A stretch of 63,985 bases of DNA, the filler included, from Porpidia crustulata (Eukaryota): assembly GCA_964255105.1 (NCBI GenBank). It is 5 parts of 5 records of this genome, joined end to end, with 100 filler letters (N's around TTAATTAATTAA, not from the genome) between each part and the next. Parts side by side here need not be neighbours in the genome. Positions count along the whole stretch, not along the records: positions 51,628 to 63,985 come from CAXUWE010000543.1; 4 more parts are not named here. One strand, given 5' to 3'. Positions 59,796 to 63,985 of the stretch are shown in pieces. Each line of letters opens with the position of its first letter. The first letter of the stretch is position 1. The notes beneath the pieces were generated by a model. It saw only the letters and a list, made by a program, of their open reading frames with translations. It did not search any database and had not been told where the DNA came from. The translations under genes and the position numbers were made by a program.

Positions 59796-62435
59796 TAAAT
59801 CTATACATATTCTAGCGATTGCGAAGGGCTGATGCGGATCCGCGAGCATGGCGTAGGATTCGAGATTGTAGGGAAGGTTTCGGTTTAGGGATCCCAACGG
59901 GATCCCATGAAAATTCTTGCCAGGCTTTGAAAACTTTCGATCGTGCGTGCATTGAATTCTCAAGGTTCTCATGACTCAACTGCCTAGCCGTAGGAAGCGA
60001 TATTTCTGGATATGCGCCACTGATTGTTTGAGGATACAGAGTCCAAGGTTGAACTATGAGACCTATCAAATGACAAAGACGTTTTCACGACTTTTTTTTG
60101 GTTCCTTCCCGGCAAGCCCACAATTATCCACAAGCAAATTGCCATTACACTCTCCATTGCCTGATTTATCTAGGAAACTAGATACTCGCTTCTCCAAATG
60201 CTGGCAAAGCTCAAGAAAAGGTGTTTGTCGGTATCTTAACGGACGAGGGGGACCTATTTTGTTACTCATACGTGACTGGGTTTTATCCACTGTTTTGGTT
60301 ACATAAACCTCATAGCTTTTCGTTACTTTTAGCTACTTTGCTATTGATGAAAAGATCTATCTTTTGTACATACTGTCAATAACTTTCAGCATCTTGCGAG
60401 AGTGGCCGCTTATTGATGACCGTCTCATCTATGACCATGGCGTAAGCTGTACTGGACGACCATCAAGCCGCTGAATTGATAGAAGATAGAGCGGAACTGA
60501 AAACGTCCATCACTTTCATGGATACCTTATTGAACACATTCTCGGCATAGTAATAGGACGATCCTTAGGTACTCCTGATAATACGACAATAATCCTGTTG
60601 CGCTCTTCTCGAATGGCGGGAGCGAAGAGACTCAATCCTTAGAACAATCCAACAGACTCAAGTAGCCTAGACAGGATGGTAAGAACCAGCGTCAGCCGGG
60701 ACAGTTTCGTCCGGGAAACAGGCTGTAGAGGACTGAAGATCCAGGGAGCATCTAGACTGCATCGATTTCTTTGAGGGCTACGAGAAGACTCCATCGGTCA
60801 CTCTGCTTACGCTCATTGCAATATGGCATTTGGGATTCTGTCCAGGCTAAAAGCCTCACTCGAACCGTCATGCGAAACGGCTTTAGTAGATTTTTCCAAT
60901 TTTTTGAGTAGCCTCTAAGCCTACAGTCTGATACTCGGCGTTCAACCCGGAATTATCTTACAAATCCGCCATGCCGATCACTTTGACGTCCTTCAAGGGT
61001 CCAGAGCCACGAATGAGAGTCACAATTGATCAGGCTGAGCGGCTTCAATGTCGAAGGAGCAAACATTCGTCTAATTTTGATCAAGCCGCTGGATCCTACG
61101 AACGAAGAGTAGAGTAGCCTTGTAGGAGCATGCAGTACCCGTTTGTGTACGCACCCGAATCAAATAAAAATTACGAGAGAATCAGTGCTCCGTGTGATAA
61201 TCCTAGTGCAGGGAAATCGAGAATTTAGTGGTCCCTTTGGCTCCAGCAAAGATATCGACGATCGAGGCATGGACTATGTTGACTCTAGAAGCCCTGGATG
61301 AGCCTCCTTGCGCCATTCCTTGCAAAGAAACAGAATCCCCCGGGGCCGAGATGATAGGCGTATGCAGTGTAGATGCCAGCACTTGCTAGATAAAGCACAG
61401 GAAATCCTACTCGAGCCTTTTTGGGAGGAAAGACATCTCAGCCCACCGCTACGGATACCGAAATGCCATGCGGAGCGTTGCAATACGATTGTGCGCAAGA
61501 GCCGGGCCCGAGATGGCGGCGTATTTCAAAGGAAAGTCTCCGGAATGGCCGGATGCCTTGGCGATAAGCTTCAAAGGTGAAAGCTGTGCGGGACAAGATG
61601 GCTTCGGTACGATTTTGCGGGTCATGATATTTGCATCGAGAAAACTTGGGCGTTTGTTCTCACCCTTTGTGGGATTGTCCAGCCGAACCATCCTTCTCTC
61701 TAGTAAAGTAGGTACTCTAAGGTACCTAAAGTGCTACCTAACCAGCTGCATATCATTCCACCTAAACCAAATATTAGTATTTCTCGCAACATTATTGTTT
61801 ATTTGAATAAATACCATCCGAAATCAAGCATGTGGAACTGCGTGTGAAGGCTTGGATTCTGCCTGCCACCCTACATACGCCCTCTAGGTGAGCGAACAAA
61901 TGAGAAAAAGAAGACGATTCGCCCCCACTGTCGTGCCGTCCCGACAAGGTTGAAATTCGCAACCACAAGGAATGCACGTTGATCACCAGCTTGTGATTGA
62001 TAGGCCCGTTCAGCCTATAGCCCAGGGAAGATGGAATCCTTCGGTTTCAGGATAATGAAGCACACTGCACACAGTGAGCTTAATCTCCTCAACCGTGCGA
62101 GCTTGTATGTCGTATCTGCACCGGGGCTCTCGATCTGCCACTGAGACAACACATTGCACCCACTTTGCGCAAAGGAAGCATGTACGACGGCGGCGTATGT
62201 ATCCTCATGTACTTTTCCGCTCTATTGCCCATGCTGTCTCTTAGGAGGACATTGGAGTCTTCAGCTGCGCTTCTACTGTCTTGAAATCTGATCGTTCTAC
62301 ATGTATTCGTCGGCTGGAGTATGATTCAAATAATTTTTGTATGCTTCCTATGATCACGAAGGTTGATTATATAGAGAAGAATTTGGCCGTCAACATTCAT
62401 TTTGAATAGCCTTGGTACCCTGAAACCATTTCCCC

Positions 62436-63395
62436 ATGTCGCTCTCTCGAATCTTCAAAATACTATTTTTCTTTGCCCTCCTTCAACCATCCATGTCCTC
62501 GCAATGCTATCTCCCAGACAAATCCACCTCAACCGATGTTCCCTGCGTCTCGAACGGTACCGTCTCCGCATGTTGCAGCTCAGACTCCTATTGCCTCTCC
62601 AATGGCCTCTGCATGACAAATATGGTCTTGTCTCGGGGATCCTGCACCGATCAAACATGGAAATCGCCACAATGTCCACAGCATTGTCGTGACGGTACGG
62701 ATCTTCTATCCTTGTTCTGACTGCAAAAGTGCAGAGTACCACTCATCCGTTCTAACATGATGTTTCCTGACACAGTCAACCCCAGCGGTGGCGCCATGGT
62801 GGCATTCTGCTTCCCATCCTCCTGGTCTTGCAAACCGGAGACCTGCCTTAACGACAACTTTACATTGGCCAATGGCCAACTTGTGCTTCGCGACTATCAG
62901 AAAGCCAGCCTGGGAATGGACGCATCCGCTGCCTCGAACTCCTCAACCATAGCTCAAGTGACTTCCACTATATCTGTCGCAAGCTTGACGAAAACCAGCC
63001 TCATGACCGTCTACGCCACACAATACCCTCCCCTATCTACCACGAACCCTAATACGATATCCCCCAACATGGTCACCACCTCAGCCCTTACAGTTCGCTC
63101 CGCCGTCATTGGCATAACCGTTGGTTTACCACTGCTCATCGTAGCAATCATAGTCTTCTTGACCCTCACACGTGAGCGCTGGCGCTACCGGACCCTTTTC
63201 GAGCAGAACAAAGAGGTCAAGATGGATCTGGAGTTTTACAAGAAGGCACTGGTCAAGGAAAGGCTAGAGAGGAGTCTAAGCGAGCTATCGCCGGAAGTTA
63301 CGCCATTGGCACAGGAGATCGGATCGGGGATGATTAGGGCGGAGATGGGTAGCGGGCAGTCGAGAGCTCATACGCCTCATCCTGCGAAGCGGTGA
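62436..63395 (+). CDS. Single-pass membrane protein: signal peptide, Cys-rich ectodomain, Ser/Thr stalk, TM helix (Mid2-like cell-surface architecture); exons 62436-62694 and 62776-63395
   Basis: Signal 'MSLSRIFKILFFFALLQPSMS', ectodomain 'CY.PD...PC...ACC....CLSNGLC...RGSCTDQTW.S..CP..C', S/T-rich stalk, TM 'VIGITVGLPLLIVAIIVFL'; in-phase intron. Confidence 0.85.
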
Positions 63396-63985
63396 TTTGA
63401 CGCGCAGGGTAAATACGGATAGTGTTGTTGAATACTGTGAGATAGACTTTTCACCGTCCATACGTTCTCATCTTTATCTGGTACGAAGGAAATTCCTCTC
63501 TAGGATTAGGCCGAGACGAATCGTTTCGGATGGTTATCGACGCGACGCTGTGATCCACCGAGTCTTGTGAATTTTCATTTTAGGAGCCACCGACAGACAC
63601 AAACGAGGTCCGGCATCTCAACAAGTAATGCTGGCGGCCAAGAATTCATCTGCCTCATCTTCCAAAAAAAATACATTTTAAGATATCAAGGTTTGATGGC
63701 ATCCCTTCCTACGGCCGGAGTCTCTCAAGCACGAAAAGCCATACATATCATATGAGGAAGTAGGGAGCCTTTCTCCCGCCCTAGCTTGAGAAAGCATCGT
63801 AGGTTTCTGAGCTTCGGCAAAGTCCATATTCAAGACTGAACCAGCAACAAGGGTCTTGCGAATATAAACACCTTCGTCTCCGCTGAAATTTCTCTTCAGC
63901 TGCACCCGTAACTCCAATAAAATAACTCCTGTCCCTTCACTCATCCCCTCTCATTGGCCCTCAAGTCCTCCCCGACGCCCTACGA

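Noticed and set aside
59900..62300. Scattered short ORFs between the ubiquitin protease and the Cys-rich membrane protein
   Set aside because: No recognisable motifs or consistent frame; may be old relics but cannot be supported.
1..63985. tRNA, rRNA, gasdermin, NACHT or Starship-captain recombinase genes
   Set aside because: I looked for T-loop (GTTCGA) contexts, Walker A motifs outside NEW1 and the relevant protein motifs by eye and found none convincing. A tRNAscan/HMM search is needed to exclude them formally.

Overview
Fungal (filamentous ascomycete, Pezizomycotina) genomic DNA with short spliceosomal introns. The window is not one locus. It is five unrelated contigs joined by artificial 100-nt linkers (44 N + TTAATTAATTAA + 44 N), with lengths 12831, 12828, 12786, 12782 and >=12358 nt, i.e. 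size-sorted. Contig 1 has two core genes (SIKE-like coiled-coil protein, NDUFB7) followed by an accessory stretch: a HeLo-like/ankyrin protein, a DXD glycosyltransferase, and a compact divergent module of a caspase-like (His/Cys) protease, a small three-exon gene missed by the ORF track, and a DUF6594-type membrane protein cut by an LTR-like insertion. This module is the best candidate for an undescribed system. Contig 2 has a Cnn_1N protein, TFP11/Spp382, a secreted-lipase pseudogene and a large uncharacterised protein. Contig 3 is decaying: a dead pogo/Fot1 transposase, a thaumatin-like gene, a methyltransferase, and OSCA/TMEM63 and GH5 genes each with a single in-frame TAA. Contig 4 has the divergent methylcitrate synthase / methylisocitrate lyase pair, NEW1/eEF3-like ABC-F and a choline/amino-acid permease. 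Contig 5 has AEP2/ATP13, FMP52-like, a membrane-anchored ubiquitin protease and a Cys-rich single-pass membrane protein. I recognised no rRNA, tRNA or CRISPR. All family calls come from motif recognition by eye, not database searches.
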